From Candidatus Woesearchaeota archaeon (lineage in GTDB: Archaea; Nanobdellota; Nanobdellia; Woesearchaeales; WAPJ01), in contig JBLKOL010000002.1 of assembly GCA_047602765.1 (NCBI GenBank), positions 10,597 to 74,596 on the forward strand: a stretch of DNA of 64,000 bases, written 5' to 3'. A model generated the notes under the pieces. It was not told where the DNA came from. It ran no database searches and worked only from the letters and a program-made list of their open reading frames with translations. Shown here piece by piece: positions 46,121-56,540 of the stretch. The position numbers and the translations under genes were made by a program. The first letter of the stretch is position 1; the number at the start of each line of letters is the position of its first letter.

Positions 46121-47302
46121 ATGGCGTTCATGAAGCCTCATCTGCCCCTCTCGATCGGACTGCTCGCGCTCTCATCAGTGCTCCTCGCGCTTCTCGTGAA
46201 CGGCTACAGCATCCTCGGATTCTCCCTCTTATGGTTGATCGGGCTGCTCGCCTTCGGAGGGCTCGTCTCGGCGTTCCACCACCGAGCGGTCCACCGCTCA
46301 TGGGCGCTCGATACGGTGCTCGTCTCATCTGCGGTAGGCCTCGGATTACTCGCATCGGTGCTCGTCTTCAGCCTGATCGGTTCGCTTCTCCCCGAGGGGT
46401 CTGTGCAGCCTCATGTGCTCATCGGGATCATAATGGGGATCGTCTCATTCATCGGATTGTTCGTCATCCAGCTCTCCTATGAGCTGAATGTGCGCTCGAT
46501 GAAACACGTGGTGGTCCGCTCGCTCATCGGAGCTGGAGCGGTCATACTCATCGCCGTGCTCATCGTGCAGACTGCGGCTACGATCATGATTTATGAACAG
46601 GTTGAGATATCCTTCGAATTCGATCCTGAAGCAGGGCATGACCTTGAACGTCGAGTGGCGTATGAAGCGATCGCAGGCACACCTCTGAGCGAAGCGGTCG
46701 ACTCGTTCAGACTCAGCCGTCATGAGGACTTCAAAGCCGCTCGTGAACCGCTCCGGTCATGCCACGGCATGCTTATCGACACAGTAGTGTGTTCTGAGCT
46801 TGTCGTGGATTCGATCTCCTCCACTGTTGACCTCGTCGTCTTGGAATTACTGGTGCTCTCGTTCGTCGAGGATGCTGCGAATGCGACGATCGATGGTCGC
46901 TCGCTCGACCCCTCTGAGCGTGCGTTGCTCGAAGAGACACGCGTATCGTTCCATGAGCGCTTCTCGCGCGTTACGGGTATGGGGAATCGGCTCGATTCGA
47001 TCAGAACGCGTTTCGAACAAGAGAGCGAGGAAGAACTGAGTCTCGCACAGTTCGTGCGTCCGGAGCAGAGCGTGCTGAGCCGATCGTTCACGGGCGCGGT
47101 TCAGGCAAGTGCGTACGGAGCATCGCTCAGGGATCTGCAGGCGGGTGTCATGGAGCGAACGCACATGTACCGAACATATACTCGTATCGCCGCGCCCGCG
47201 CTCCTCGCTGAAGAGCATCCTGAACTGCTCGATGATCCGCTCTTCATCTCGGTAACGCGCGATCGTATCGAGAAGCACCGTGAGCAGGCCACTACGGAAT
47301 AG
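46121..47302 (+). CDS. Polytopic membrane protein with C-terminal soluble domain
   Basis: About 5 N-terminal TM helices. Confidence 0.8.
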   Translation: MAFMKPHLPLSIGLLALSSVLLALLVNGYSILGFSLLWLIGLLAFGGLVSAFHHRAVHRSWALDTVLVSSAVGLGLLASVLVFSLIGSLLPEGSVQPHVLIGIIMGIVSFIGLFVIQLSYELNVRSMKHVVVRSLIGAGAVILIAVLIVQTAATIMIYEQVEISFEFDPEAGHDLERRVAYEAIAGTPLSEAVDSFRLSRHEDFKAAREPLRSCHGMLIDTVVCSELVVDSISSTVDLVVLELLVLSFVEDAANATIDGRSLDPSERALLEETRVSFHERFSRVTGMGNRLDSIRTRFEQESEEELSLAQFVRPEQSVLSRSFTGAVQASAYGASLRDLQAGVMERTHMYRTYTRIAAPALLAEEHPELLDDPLFISVTRDRIEKHREQATTE

Positions 47303-47352
47303 GCCTCTTAACGGGGCAAACGACTAAATAGCATACCACCACCCCTGAAGTC

Positions 47353-47886
47353 ATGGCGCAGGGTTCGAGGGCGACGGCGATGTTCGCCGGTGGGTGTTTC
47401 TGGTGTATCGAGCATGCCTTCACAAAGGTCGAAGGAGTGCTCAGTGCGATTCCTGGGTATACGGGCGGCGAGACTTCTGATCCGACGTACAACCAGGTCG
47501 CTCAGGGGACCACCGGTCACCGCGAAGCGGTACTCGTAACGTATGATCCGACGATCGTGTCGTACGATGAGCTGCTCGAGATTTTTTGGCGTTCGATCGA
47601 TCCGACGGATGACGGTGGCCAGTTCGCCGATCGGGGCTCGCAATATACGACGGCGATCTTCACCGGGACCGAAGAGGAGAAGCAGAAGGCCGAAGAGTCC
47701 AAACGCAGGCTCGAAGCCTCGAACCGCTTCTCGAAACCGATCGTCACCGAGATCCTTCTTGCAGGACGGTTCTGGATCGCTGAAAACGAACACCACGACT
47801 ATGCGAATACGCATCCGCTCCAGTACCGTGCGTACGCGATCGCCTCGGGACGCGAGGTCTACTGCAAGCGGATGTGGAAGGAGTGA
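47353..47886 (+). CDS. msrA: Peptide methionine (S)-sulfoxide reductase
   Basis: [43 protein letters not shown]. Confidence 0.96.
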   Translation: MAQGSRATAMFAGGCFWCIEHAFTKVEGVLSAIPGYTGGETSDPTYNQVAQGTTGHREAVLVTYDPTIVSYDELLEIFWRSIDPTDDGGQFADRGSQYTTAIFTGTEEEKQKAEESKRRLEASNRFSKPIVTEILLAGRFWIAENEHHDYANTHPLQYRAYAIASGREVYCKRMWKE

Positions 47887-48320
47887 ACCGCTCGAAGTCT
47901 GATGAGTTGAGGCGAAGGCTCGATCCGCAGGCGTACCGTGTGACGCAGGAGGGAGCAACCGAGCCTCCGGGTTCTTCGCCGCTCGATTCGGAGTTCGGCG
48001 ATGGCATCTATGTCGACATCGTTTCCGGCGAGCCGCTCTTCTCTTCGAAGGACAAGTACGATGCGGGGTGCGGGTGGCCGAGCTTCGCGCGTCCGATCGA
48101 TAATTCTGCGCTCGCCGAGCGCGAGGACCGCTCGCACGGCATGGTGCGTGTCGAGGTCCGTTCCGCTCGTGCCGATTCGCACCTGGGCCACGTCTTCTCC
48201 GACGGTCCTCGTCCGGGTGGTCTTCGCTACTGTATCAATGGAGCCGCGCTTCGCTTCGTCCCGCTCGAGGACCTTGAGCGTGAAGGGTACGGCTCGTACC
48301 GCGCGCTCTTCGATCGGTGA
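47883..48320 (+). CDS. msrB: Peptide methionine (R)-sulfoxide reductase
   Basis: [37 protein letters not shown] overlap with msrA. Confidence 0.96.
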   Translation: MNRSKSDELRRRLDPQAYRVTQEGATEPPGSSPLDSEFGDGIYVDIVSGEPLFSSKDKYDAGCGWPSFARPIDNSALAEREDRSHGMVRVEVRSARADSHLGHVFSDGPRPGGLRYCINGAALRFVPLEDLEREGYGSYRALFDR

Positions 48321-48371
48321 GCCGGATGACGAGCACGTAACGGATATAAGGATAGGATCGGTACCGCGACG

Positions 48372-48773
48372 ATGCTACCGCATGAGATCGTACAACGTCT
48401 CCGGTATGAGTCTAGGCGGAATCCTGAGCGCGTCGTAACGCATACCGGTATCTCGAGGTATCGGCTCGGTCGTATGACTGATAGAGCACAAGGGTATCTG
48501 ACGCTACGTGAACTCGAAAGCATCGCTCGCGGTCTCGAACTCGAGCCGCTGGTGATTACCGAACCCTTGGAGCTGAAGGATAAGAAGCCGTTCACCCTTG
48601 TTCATGAACGCAACTCTGAGGGTTTAGAAGGATACATCAAACGCGTAGCCGGCCTCTCAGTCTCACCATCGATCGGAATGCACACGCTCCACGATATGCT
48701 GACAGAGCGCGAATTCGTACTGGTGTACCTCGCGGAGCACGCCGATCCTACGGGTCGATCTGATCTTCGGTGA
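48372..48773 (+). CDS. Hypothetical protein, possible XRE-like HTH N-terminus
   Basis: TGISRYRL...TLRELESIARGL; TATAAG upstream. Confidence 0.6.
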   Translation: MLPHEIVQRLRYESRRNPERVVTHTGISRYRLGRMTDRAQGYLTLRELESIARGLELEPLVITEPLELKDKKPFTLVHERNSEGLEGYIKRVAGLSVSPSIGMHTLHDMLTEREFVLVYLAEHADPTGRSDLR

Positions 48774-48920
48774 GCAAGCCTTTGAGGTCGGGACCGCTCC
48801 GTTCGTATCTCTCGAACCGCTCACGAACATCGGAACGGGCAGGACCCGCAGTTATGCGCATGGCCCTGACAAGAGGAAACCTGCATAACTCTCAAAAGGA
48901 GGTCTTCGGCCTCCGCTACG

Positions 48921-49823
48921 ATGCGTGAAACAGAGAAGGACCATGCTGATGATGTGTCGACGACCGGATTGCACCATATCACGGCGGTCTGCTCGGATGG
49001 GAAGAGGAACGTCCGTTTCTACACGAAGGTCCTCGGGCTCTCGTTCGTGAAGAAGACGGTGAACCAAGATGACGTGGGTTCGTACCACCTCTACTACGGT
49101 GATGGCACGGGAAGTCCGGGTACGCTTATCACGTTCTTCACGTGGGATCTGCCTCCCGCTCGCAGCGGCCATCCGTTCGCGACGAGCGTCTCGTTCTCCG
49201 TCGGTGACCTCGATGCGTGGAAGAGCCACCTCACAGAACACAGGATCGCGTTCGACGTGCTCGAACGTTTCGGTGATCGATCGCTCAGGCTTGCGGATCC
49301 TGACGGGCTGACCATCTATCTCTCCGAGCATCCGATGCCTTCTCGCATTTCGAGTGGCACTCCACCGATGCACGGCGTTTCGGGGGCTGGGCTCTCGCTC
49401 GCCGATCCTGGTGTGAGCATCGGCTTGCTCTCAGCGTTCGGATTCTCCGAGGTCTTCGAAGACGGCGATCTGACGCGATACGTACATCCGGCTTCTTCGA
49501 CGTTCGTCGAGATCGCCAAGGATACGACTCGAGGCTCGCTCGGTTCGGGATCGATCCACCACGTAGCCTTCGGCGTCGATCCCGAAGATCAAGAGCGGGT
49601 CAGAGAGGGCATCGCTTCGCGAGGATTCTCTCCGACCCCAATCATCGAGCGGTTCTACTTCCGGTCGGTGTACTTTAGGGAGGCGAACGGGTCGCTTTTC
49701 GAGATCGCGTCGAACGGACCGGGGTTCTTCGTCGATGAGGAGGTTCTCGGCTCTCGACTCGTGCTCCCGCCGTGGCTTGAAGAGCACCGTGAACGCATCG
49801 AGAGGGGGCTTCCTGAACTATGA
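48921..49823 (+). CDS. VOC/glyoxalase-family ring-cleaving dioxygenase (MhqO-like)
   Basis: GLHHITA, VKKTVNQDD..YHLYYGD..GSPGT.ITFF, IHHVAF, RFYFRSVYFRE, LVLPPWLE. Confidence 0.92.
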   Translation: MRETEKDHADDVSTTGLHHITAVCSDGKRNVRFYTKVLGLSFVKKTVNQDDVGSYHLYYGDGTGSPGTLITFFTWDLPPARSGHPFATSVSFSVGDLDAWKSHLTEHRIAFDVLERFGDRSLRLADPDGLTIYLSEHPMPSRISSGTPPMHGVSGAGLSLADPGVSIGLLSAFGFSEVFEDGDLTRYVHPASSTFVEIAKDTTRGSLGSGSIHHVAFGVDPEDQERVREGIASRGFSPTPIIERFYFRSVYFREANGSLFEIASNGPGFFVDEEVLGSRLVLPPWLEEHRERIERGLPEL

Positions 49824-50410
49824 GATCGGTCCGTATCGAGGGGAGTGCTCCGCGGCTCATCGTGTTTCATGGCACGGGTGGTGACGAGCACGATCTGATC
49901 GACCTTGCGCATGCGATCGCTCCTGCACATGCGATCGTCTCGTATCGGGGTATCGTCGAAGAGAACGGTATGCTCCGGTGGTTCCCGCGTCGCGGTCCGA
50001 ACGTCTTCGACGAAGCAGAGGTACGCGAGCACATCGATCGTATCATGGCAGGGCTTCGTGCCGAGTTCTCGGACGACGATCTCGCTTCGAGTGTGTTTCT
50101 CGGGTATTCGAACGGCGCGAACGCGATCGCATCCATGCTCCAACGCGGCCTTCCGATAAGGCGCGCCGCACTTCTGCATCCGATGCTCGTACTCTCCGAT
50201 GAGCGCGTGCTCGATGGTGTCGATGTGTTCGTCTCGACTGGAGAGCATGATGTGATGATCCCTGCTGTCGAGTCCGACAGACTCGTCGGGTTCTTCGAAC
50301 GAGCCGGTGCGAGCGTGTCGTATCATCGATTCGCAGGAGGACATGCGATCAGCCGCGCTGAGGTCGAAGCGATCACGACGTGGTTCACGGGTCGATCCGA
50401 TCCTCGGTGA
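49820..50410 (+). CDS. Alpha/beta hydrolase (carboxylesterase, MhqD-like)
   Basis: HGTGGDEHDL, GYSNGAN, D and GGH triad residues; ATGA overlap. Confidence 0.92.
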   Translation: MRSVRIEGSAPRLIVFHGTGGDEHDLIDLAHAIAPAHAIVSYRGIVEENGMLRWFPRRGPNVFDEAEVREHIDRIMAGLRAEFSDDDLASSVFLGYSNGANAIASMLQRGLPIRRAALLHPMLVLSDERVLDGVDVFVSTGEHDVMIPAVESDRLVGFFERAGASVSYHRFAGGHAISRAEVEAITTWFTGRSDPR

Positions 50411-50708
50411 GCGAGCGTTTGAGGTCGTGGAAGCTTCGTTGGATCGATTTCTCGAGTTCTACGAACCGGTCGTCCTCTTCGGCGAGTCGTACGGCTTCGC
50501 GCAGCACCATGCGCGCGTGCAGGTTCGGTCTGAGCGCATCTGAGAGGAGCGCGACCCGACCTGACGGGTCTGATCCGTCGAGGTAGCGGTCGATGAGGTC
50601 TATGTACGCTGCGAGGAACTCGGGGATCCGATCAGCGGTTTCAGCTTCGTCGAGCATGCTCGTCAGCTCGTTGAGCAGTTGTGCGTGTACGTCCTCTTTG
50701 AAGGCCAT
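50385..50708 (-). CDS. Hypothetical protein
   Basis: Coding-like helical ORF filling the gap. Confidence 0.65.
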   Translation of the reverse strand: MAFKEDVHAQLLNELTSMLDEAETADRIPEFLAAYIDLIDRYLDGSDPSGRVALLSDALRPNLHARMVLREAVRLAEEDDRFVELEKSIQRSFHDLKRSLTEDRIDP

Positions 50709-50804
50709 GTTCAGGGTGCTTCGTGCGGGTTTATCTCACTTGTGCGCGGTTCCGACGCGTGTTTTCGGCGCAAACTACATATACGAGGAGCGCCTCGGAA
50801 GAGC

Positions 50805-51104
50805 ATGTGTGACCCGTTCAAGGGGGACATCGCCGGCTACGTGCAGTTCATGGTCGCACGTGGTATCTCTCCGCGGTTCACTGATGCGCGTGCGTTCTAC
50901 GAATTGCTCGAAGAGGGGTTCATCGGCCCGTATACGTCGATCGGACTCGAGGATGGGGTATCGACGATCGGTATCAGAAGGAAGAACGGCGTGTTCGAGA
51001 CGAGCGGTGGTGTCGAACTCGACAACCTCGATTCGCTCCTCGATGGTCCGTGGTACCTTGAGAGTTTCGATCGTACGCCGCTCTACGAACGCGGCTTCAA
51101 GTAG
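50805..51104 (+). CDS. Hypothetical protein
   Basis: Probable start MCDPFKG; coding-like codon usage. Confidence 0.6.
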   Translation: MCDPFKGDIAGYVQFMVARGISPRFTDARAFYELLEEGFIGPYTSIGLEDGVSTIGIRRKNGVFETSGGVELDNLDSLLDGPWYLESFDRTPLYERGFK

Positions 51105-51173
51105 CTGGTGGCGTTCGATATACCAAAGTTTCTTCGATGTGTATTCATAAGGCGTCAGAACGTACTCGGGGCC

Positions 51174-51539
51174 ATGCCATACGCTCGGTGCACGCAGGAG
51201 TCGTACAGCCACCTCGATCACGTGGTTGCTCACAAGCTCTCGGAATTCGAGCGCAGGGGTTCGATGATCCGGTTCGATGGGTCTTCGGGGCTCGAAGGGA
51301 TCTTCAGGTTCCACCACGAGGGTTTGCTCGATGATCGCACCGTAGTCGAAGTGCATCGTCCGAGCGGTGTTTCGGTCGAATTCTATTGGAGTCCAGATGA
51401 TGCTCAGCTCAAGAGGGATCCTCGTGGACCAGGCGTGAGCGTTCAAGATGCGCTCCAGGATTGTAATTCATATACGCTCCACCTGAACATGCCGTACGTG
51501 CGCGATCGCGTCGCACGGCTCCGCTCTGAGCGCAGTTGA
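51174..51539 (+). CDS. Hypothetical protein
   Basis: Probable start MPYARC with TTCATAAG upstream. Confidence 0.6.
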   Translation: MPYARCTQESYSHLDHVVAHKLSEFERRGSMIRFDGSSGLEGIFRFHHEGLLDDRTVVEVHRPSGVSVEFYWSPDDAQLKRDPRGPGVSVQDALQDCNSYTLHLNMPYVRDRVARLRSERS

Positions 51540-51606
51540 ACGTTCCTCGGCTGATCACCGGACAGACGCGGCACAGCTTTAAAACCGACCCGGATACTCA
51601 TGTCTT

Positions 51607-52659
51607 ATGGGAGTCTTCAAGGATATGCTCGGTTCGGGTCAGACGCTCTTCAAGAATCCGAACGCGCTCGAATACGACTTCATACCCAAGCTCATCCCCT
51701 TCCGTGAAGGCGAGCAACGAGAGATCGTCTCGGCCATCATGCCGCTCATGCAACAGCGCAACGGGCGCAACCTCTTCATACACGGAACGCCGGGTATCGG
51801 CAAGACGCTCGCGGTGCGCGCTGTCATGCGCGAGGTCGAAGACGAGACCGAAGAGGTCATCCCGCTCTACGTGAACTGTTGGAACAAGAACACGACGTAC
51901 AAGATCCTCACGCACCTCGTCGAGGAACTCGGCTATCCGTTCACACAGAACAAGCGCACCGAGGAACTCTTCAAGATCCTCAAGGAACGCGTGAACAACG
52001 CATCCGCGGTCTTCGTCTTCGATGAGATCGACAAGGCTGAGGAGCTCGACGTCCTCTACCTGATCCTCGAGGAGATATTCCGCAGTTCGATCATCATGAT
52101 CACGAACCATGAGGAGTGGATCGTACACCTCGACATGCGTATCAAGAGTCGGCTCATGCCCGACCACCTCTCCTTCGAGCCGTATTCGCTCGAAGAGCTC
52201 AAAACGATCCTGCGCGAACGAGCCGAAGCCGCGTTCTACGACGGCGTGATCACCCCTGAACACGTGGGCATCATCGCTCAGAAGACGTTCTCGGCGAAGG
52301 ATGTGCGTACCGGGCTCTTCTTGCTGCGCGAAGCGGGGACGTACGCCGAGTCCGAATCCAAGAAGGCCGTCGAAGCCGAGCACGTCGCTCGTGCCGTTGC
52401 GAAGATCGACGAGTTCAAGATCAAGAACGTCGACGACCTCGACCCGGATCTTCAGAGCGTGCTCTCGCTCATCAAAGAGCACGATGGTGAGCGTATCGGC
52501 TCGCTCTTCGAACGCTATTCGAAGGCTGCGGACGTATCTTACAAGACGTTCCAGCGTCGCGTCGGAAAACTCGAGAAGGGACGCTACATCAGCGTCGATC
52601 ACGTCGAAGGCGGCGAAGGCGGTCGCACGAGCATCTTGCACTACAACGCGAACCGCTAA
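51607..52659 (+). CDS. cdc6: Orc1/Cdc6-family AAA+ ATPase
   Basis: FIPKLIPFRE, NLFIHGTPGIGKT, YVNCW, FDEID, RIKSRL, FEPYS.EEL..IL.ER. Confidence 0.92.
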   Translation: MGVFKDMLGSGQTLFKNPNALEYDFIPKLIPFREGEQREIVSAIMPLMQQRNGRNLFIHGTPGIGKTLAVRAVMREVEDETEEVIPLYVNCWNKNTTYKILTHLVEELGYPFTQNKRTEELFKILKERVNNASAVFVFDEIDKAEELDVLYLILEEIFRSSIIMITNHEEWIVHLDMRIKSRLMPDHLSFEPYSLEELKTILRERAEAAFYDGVITPEHVGIIAQKTFSAKDVRTGLFLLREAGTYAESESKKAVEAEHVARAVAKIDEFKIKNVDDLDPDLQSVLSLIKEHDGERIGSLFERYSKAADVSYKTFQRRVGKLEKGRYISVDHVEGGEGGRTSILHYNANR

Positions 52660-52661
52660 GT

Positions 52662-53681
52662 ATGCGTCCAGAGCCAAGCCCGACGGACGTCCTCACGGAT
52701 GAGGACGTGCGGCGTATCGTGCGCTCGTATGATGAGACGATCTCGATCGAGGAGTACCGCCCTTTGACGTCGGGGAACATGAACCTCCTCTTCGAAGTGG
52801 TCACCGACCGTGGAACGCTCGTGCTCAAGCTCGTCCGCGAAGGATACACACTCGGAAAAGATCTTGTGGTCTATTCGATGCTCGAAGAACGAGGGGTACC
52901 GGTTCCTCGTGTGCTCTTCGTCGATCGCTCGAAGCGCATCGTCTCATTCGAATACTACCTCATGGAGAAGCTTCCAGGGCGCATGCTCCGCTTCACACCA
53001 CTCTCAGATTCTCAGCGCGAGGGACTCTACAGGGTGCTCGGCTCCACGCTCGCACGCATACACTCGATCAGACTCCCCGCGTTCGGATGGCTGCTCGAGG
53101 AGGGAGTCTCGCGTAGGAAGGATCGCTTCGTCGAACCGCTCTCGAACTGGAGGGACACGTTCGTCGAGTGGTACGATACGATCAAACGCGACCTCGGCAC
53201 GTGTGAGAACGCATCTTACGGTTCACTCGATAAGGATTCGTTTCTCGAACTCACCGCTCGTATCGATCGCATCGTTGGGGACCATGCGCATCTTCTCGAG
53301 GATGCAGAGCCTGTCTTGCTCCATAACGATTACACACTGCGAAACGTGCTCGTGATGGACGACCCGTGGCGGGTAACGGGAGTGCTCGATGTCGAATTCG
53401 CACGAGCAGGACACAACGAGCTCGAGCTCGCAGGGCTCGACCACTTCCTCTGTGATCCTGATGATATCCTCGCCTACTCCGAGCAGGCTCATGCGTTCCT
53501 GAAGGTATACACGAGCATACAACCCCTCTCGGATCGTTTCGAAGTACGAAGACCGCTCTACCTGCTCGTCTCGTTGTTCTCGCTCGCGGTATACGAGACG
53601 TTCAAGGAGGGGATCAACGATAATGATGAAGTAGCGTTCCTCTATCGTTCGATCACGCGGATTCTCGATCACTACGAATAG
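52662..53681 (+). CDS. Aminoglycoside phosphotransferase-family kinase
   Basis: VPVPRVL, LMEKLPG, LLHNDY...NVLV, GVLDVE. Confidence 0.88.
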   Translation: MRPEPSPTDVLTDEDVRRIVRSYDETISIEEYRPLTSGNMNLLFEVVTDRGTLVLKLVREGYTLGKDLVVYSMLEERGVPVPRVLFVDRSKRIVSFEYYLMEKLPGRMLRFTPLSDSQREGLYRVLGSTLARIHSIRLPAFGWLLEEGVSRRKDRFVEPLSNWRDTFVEWYDTIKRDLGTCENASYGSLDKDSFLELTARIDRIVGDHAHLLEDAEPVLLHNDYTLRNVLVMDDPWRVTGVLDVEFARAGHNELELAGLDHFLCDPDDILAYSEQAHAFLKVYTSIQPLSDRFEVRRPLYLLVSLFSLAVYETFKEGINDNDEVAFLYRSITRILDHYE

Positions 53682-53725
53682 CCTTCAAACACAAAGGCTT
53701 TAACCGCTCAGCAGGCGTGGTTCGC

Positions 53726-54172
53726 ATGGATATCAGGCCGTTCTCCGAGGATGATGCGGTGGAGGCATCCGAGTTGATCGGTCGGTGCCTTTCCGAGGTT
53801 ACGAGCAAGCATTATGATGCGCGTGCTATCGAACAGATCCGCGAGGAGTACACGCCTGAGCGGCTCGTCGAGAAGGCTCGGAAGAGCACGATGCTCATAG
53901 CTGAACTCGATGGTCAGGTGGTGGGGACCGTTCGTCTCGAAGGCGATACGATCTTCACGCTCTATGTGGATCCTTCGAAGCATCGGAGCCGTATCGGTTC
54001 GAAGCTCATGACCCAAGTCGAGTCGCTCGCGCGTGAACGCGGATATGCGAGGGTTCGTGTTGAGGCTCTCGTCTCGTCGACCGGCTTCTATGCACGTCGG
54101 GGATACCACAAGGTGCGTGTGATCAGTCAGGTTGGCTTCGGTGACGTCGTCGAGATGGAGCACGTGTTCTAG
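53726..54172 (+). CDS. GNAT acetyltransferase
   Basis: LYVDP..HRSRIGSKL, GFYARRGY. Confidence 0.9.
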   Translation: MDIRPFSEDDAVEASELIGRCLSEVTSKHYDARAIEQIREEYTPERLVEKARKSTMLIAELDGQVVGTVRLEGDTIFTLYVDPSKHRSRIGSKLMTQVESLARERGYARVRVEALVSSTGFYARRGYHKVRVISQVGFGDVVEMEHVF

Positions 54173-54624
54173 TTCACGTACCGTTGGTTCTCATAGGCCC
54201 GTCCGATGTCGAGGTCCTGCATTTGGAACGTTGCGATGCCGCGTGGTCGTTCGCTGTATACGGTGTCTGACATCGCAAGGGTGAGGTGTTCGTACGATGC
54301 GGGCGGCATGTGCCAGTTCGGGATGAGGTAGTGGGTGATTTCGTGTCGTTTCGCCGAGACGCGCATGTCCGGTCTGTCGGCTGCTGCTTCGTTGAGGATC
54401 CAGTAGTCTGATCCGATGATGAATGCTCCGTAGAATCCAGCGGCTGGGTCGTTGATCGTCACATGCGGTATCGCATCATCAACGTAGCCGCCGGTGTAGT
54501 CACGAGGCTCGACCTGATGCGGTTCAGGAGCTGATTCGTACACGACCTGCTCGAGTTCTGAGACGCTTCCTGGAGGATGCGCATCTGTAGTGGGCGCTGG
54601 TTCGAGCGAGTATGGAGTGTTCAT
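54169..54624 (-). CDS. Small HExxH (zincin-like) protein
   Basis: RHEITH followed by a downstream Glu (YEH); ATGA overlap with the serS stop. Confidence 0.6.
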   Translation of the reverse strand: MNTPYSLEPAPTTDAHPPGSVSELEQVVYESAPEPHQVEPRDYTGGYVDDAIPHVTINDPAAGFYGAFIIGSDYWILNEAAADRPDMRVSAKRHEITHYLIPNWHMPPASYEHLTLAMSDTVYSERPRGIATFQMQDLDIGRAYENQRYVN

Positions 54625-55904
54625 CGCGCGATCCTGTCGAATCCGAGGTAGGGTACGAGTACGTCGGGCATGAGTACGCTGCCATCAGCTTGCTGGTGGT
54701 TCTCCAAGATGGCTGGGATCGCTCGTGAGGTTGCGAGCGCTGTGTTGTTGAGGATGTGCACATGCCTACGTTCTCCTGCTTCGTCATACTTTATGCCGAG
54801 CGGTACGGATTGGTAGTCGGTGCAGTTGCTGCATGAGGTGACTTCTCGGTAGGCTCCGCTCTTCTCGTTCTGTCCGGGGAACCATGCTTCGATGTCGTAT
54901 TGGAGCGCTTGTTTGAGTCCGATGTCGCCTGTGCAGATGTTTACGACGCGGTACGGGATGCTGAGTCCTTCGAAGAGCTCTTCGCTGAACCGTTGTATCT
55001 TCTCGAACCACGCATAGCTCTCTTCGGGTTTGGCGAATACGATCTGTTCGACTTTGTTGAACTGGTGTACGCGGAAGATGCCTTTCGTATCACGACCATG
55101 TGAGCCTGCTTCTTTGCGAAAGCATGATGATACGCCGACGATCTTGTTCGGGAGTTCTGATGGGTGGAACACGTATCCTTCGCGCAGGGCTATGAGCGCG
55201 TGTTCTGAGGTTCCGATGAGGTAGAGGTCTTCGTCTTCGAGCTTGTAGATCGTGTCTTCGAATTCTGAGAGGTTGACGGTTCCAGCGAGGACTTCGCGTT
55301 TGAGTGCGAACGGCGGCATGACGAGTTCGAATTCTTCGGCGCGCAGACGATCGATCGCGTATCGTTGGAGTGCTTGGTCGAGGAGTACGGCTTCTCTCTT
55401 CAAGTAGTACCACCTCGCTCCTGAGACGCGTGCGGCGGTGTCGAGTTCTACGAGGTCGAGCGATTCGAGGAGTTCGATGTGGTCCTTGTGTTCGAAGTCG
55501 AATGCGGGCTTCTCGCCCCATGAGCGCAGTTCGACGTTGTCGTCTTCCGTCTCTCCGGTAGGGACGCTCTCGTGGAGGATGTTTCCGATGGTTTTGAGCA
55601 GCGCATCGCGTTCTTCGAGGAGCTGTTTGGTCCGAGCAGCTTGCTCGTTGATCCGTTTAACATGCGCTTGCATGCGTTCGATGCCCGCCTGTGCTGCCTT
55701 CTCATCCCCGCTCTTCTTCGCGGCATTGATGGATTCGGATACTTCGTTTCTCGTCTTGCGCAGCGTCTGTTCTTCGCGTGCGGACGCCTTCCATGCGTCG
55801 TCGAGTTCAAGGACTTTGTCTACGACGGCAGGGTCTCTTCCACGGCGCGTTTCCGAAGAGCGTACGAGGGTAGGATCCGAGCGGAGTGTTCTGATGTCGA
55901 GCAT
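54621..55904 (-). CDS. serS: Serine--tRNA ligase
   Basis: MLDIRTLR, LIGTSEH, FRKEAGSHGRDTKGIFRVHQFNKVE, EVTSCSNCTDYQ, LNNT. Confidence 0.97.
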   Translation of the reverse strand: MLDIRTLRSDPTLVRSSETRRGRDPAVVDKVLELDDAWKASAREEQTLRKTRNEVSESINAAKKSGDEKAAQAGIERMQAHVKRINEQAARTKQLLEERDALLKTIGNILHESVPTGETEDDNVELRSWGEKPAFDFEHKDHIELLESLDLVELDTAARVSGARWYYLKREAVLLDQALQRYAIDRLRAEEFELVMPPFALKREVLAGTVNLSEFEDTIYKLEDEDLYLIGTSEHALIALREGYVFHPSELPNKIVGVSSCFRKEAGSHGRDTKGIFRVHQFNKVEQIVFAKPEESYAWFEKIQRFSEELFEGLSIPYRVVNICTGDIGLKQALQYDIEAWFPGQNEKSGAYREVTSCSNCTDYQSVPLGIKYDEAGERRHVHILNNTALATSRAIPAILENHQQADGSVLMPDVLVPYLGFDRIAR

Positions 55905-55941
55905 GGACGAGTGGTCTTCAGCCGGTTTATATCTGTTCGGG

Positions 55942-56529
55942 TCACGCTGATTCTTGTGTGAGGAAGAGTATGGTGAACGTGGCGATGATGAAGAATACGG
56001 CGAGTCCTATGATCGCTGGGTTGAAGAGGGTTGCTCCCAGATTCTCGCGGAAGCTGTCGGTGTCCGTCGGTGGTACTCCGTTCGATACGGTGGCGTTTCC
56101 GGTGCCCGGCTCGGTGTATTCGAGGAGCGCATCGCCGTATACGGATGCTGCTGCGAATGCGAGGATGATGCCTCCGATGACAATGAAAAGCCAGGTAGCG
56201 CTCTTCCCTTCCGGTCCTCCAAGGCTCTTGAACATCATATCCATGCTCGTGCCTCCCGATATGAAGAGGAATCCGGTTGCTACGAGTACCATGAACAAGA
56301 AGAGGAAGAAGAACCATGGTACGACGAGGATAATGAGCCGTGTGACGTCCGGAAGCGCTATTACGAATATCGCTATGACGAGCGCGATGATCGAGTTGCG
56401 GTTCTTGTTATCCGCGAGCACCGCGGTCTTGCTGAGCAGTGCGAACGAGACGACCCATACGAATATGGCTACGAAGAACGGCAGGGTTGCTCCGAGTACG
56501 GTGCTGATGCCGTCGATCGGTGTCGCCAT
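55942..56529 (-). CDS. Polytopic membrane protein, paralog 3 of a tandem triplet
   Basis: LPFFVAIFVWVVSFALLSKT...KNRNSIIALVIA. Confidence 0.85.
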   Translation of the reverse strand: MATPIDGISTVLGATLPFFVAIFVWVVSFALLSKTAVLADNKNRNSIIALVIAIFVIALPDVTRLIILVVPWFFFLFLFMVLVATGFLFISGGTSMDMMFKSLGGPEGKSATWLFIVIGGIILAFAAASVYGDALLEYTEPGTGNATVSNGVPPTDTDSFRENLGATLFNPAIIGLAVFFIIATFTILFLTQESA

Positions 56530-56540
56530 CTATGCTCCTC

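Noticed and set aside
50700..51606. Replication origin next to cdc6
   Set aside because: No ORB-like repeats or AT-rich unwinding element are visible, and the region is filled by ORFs.
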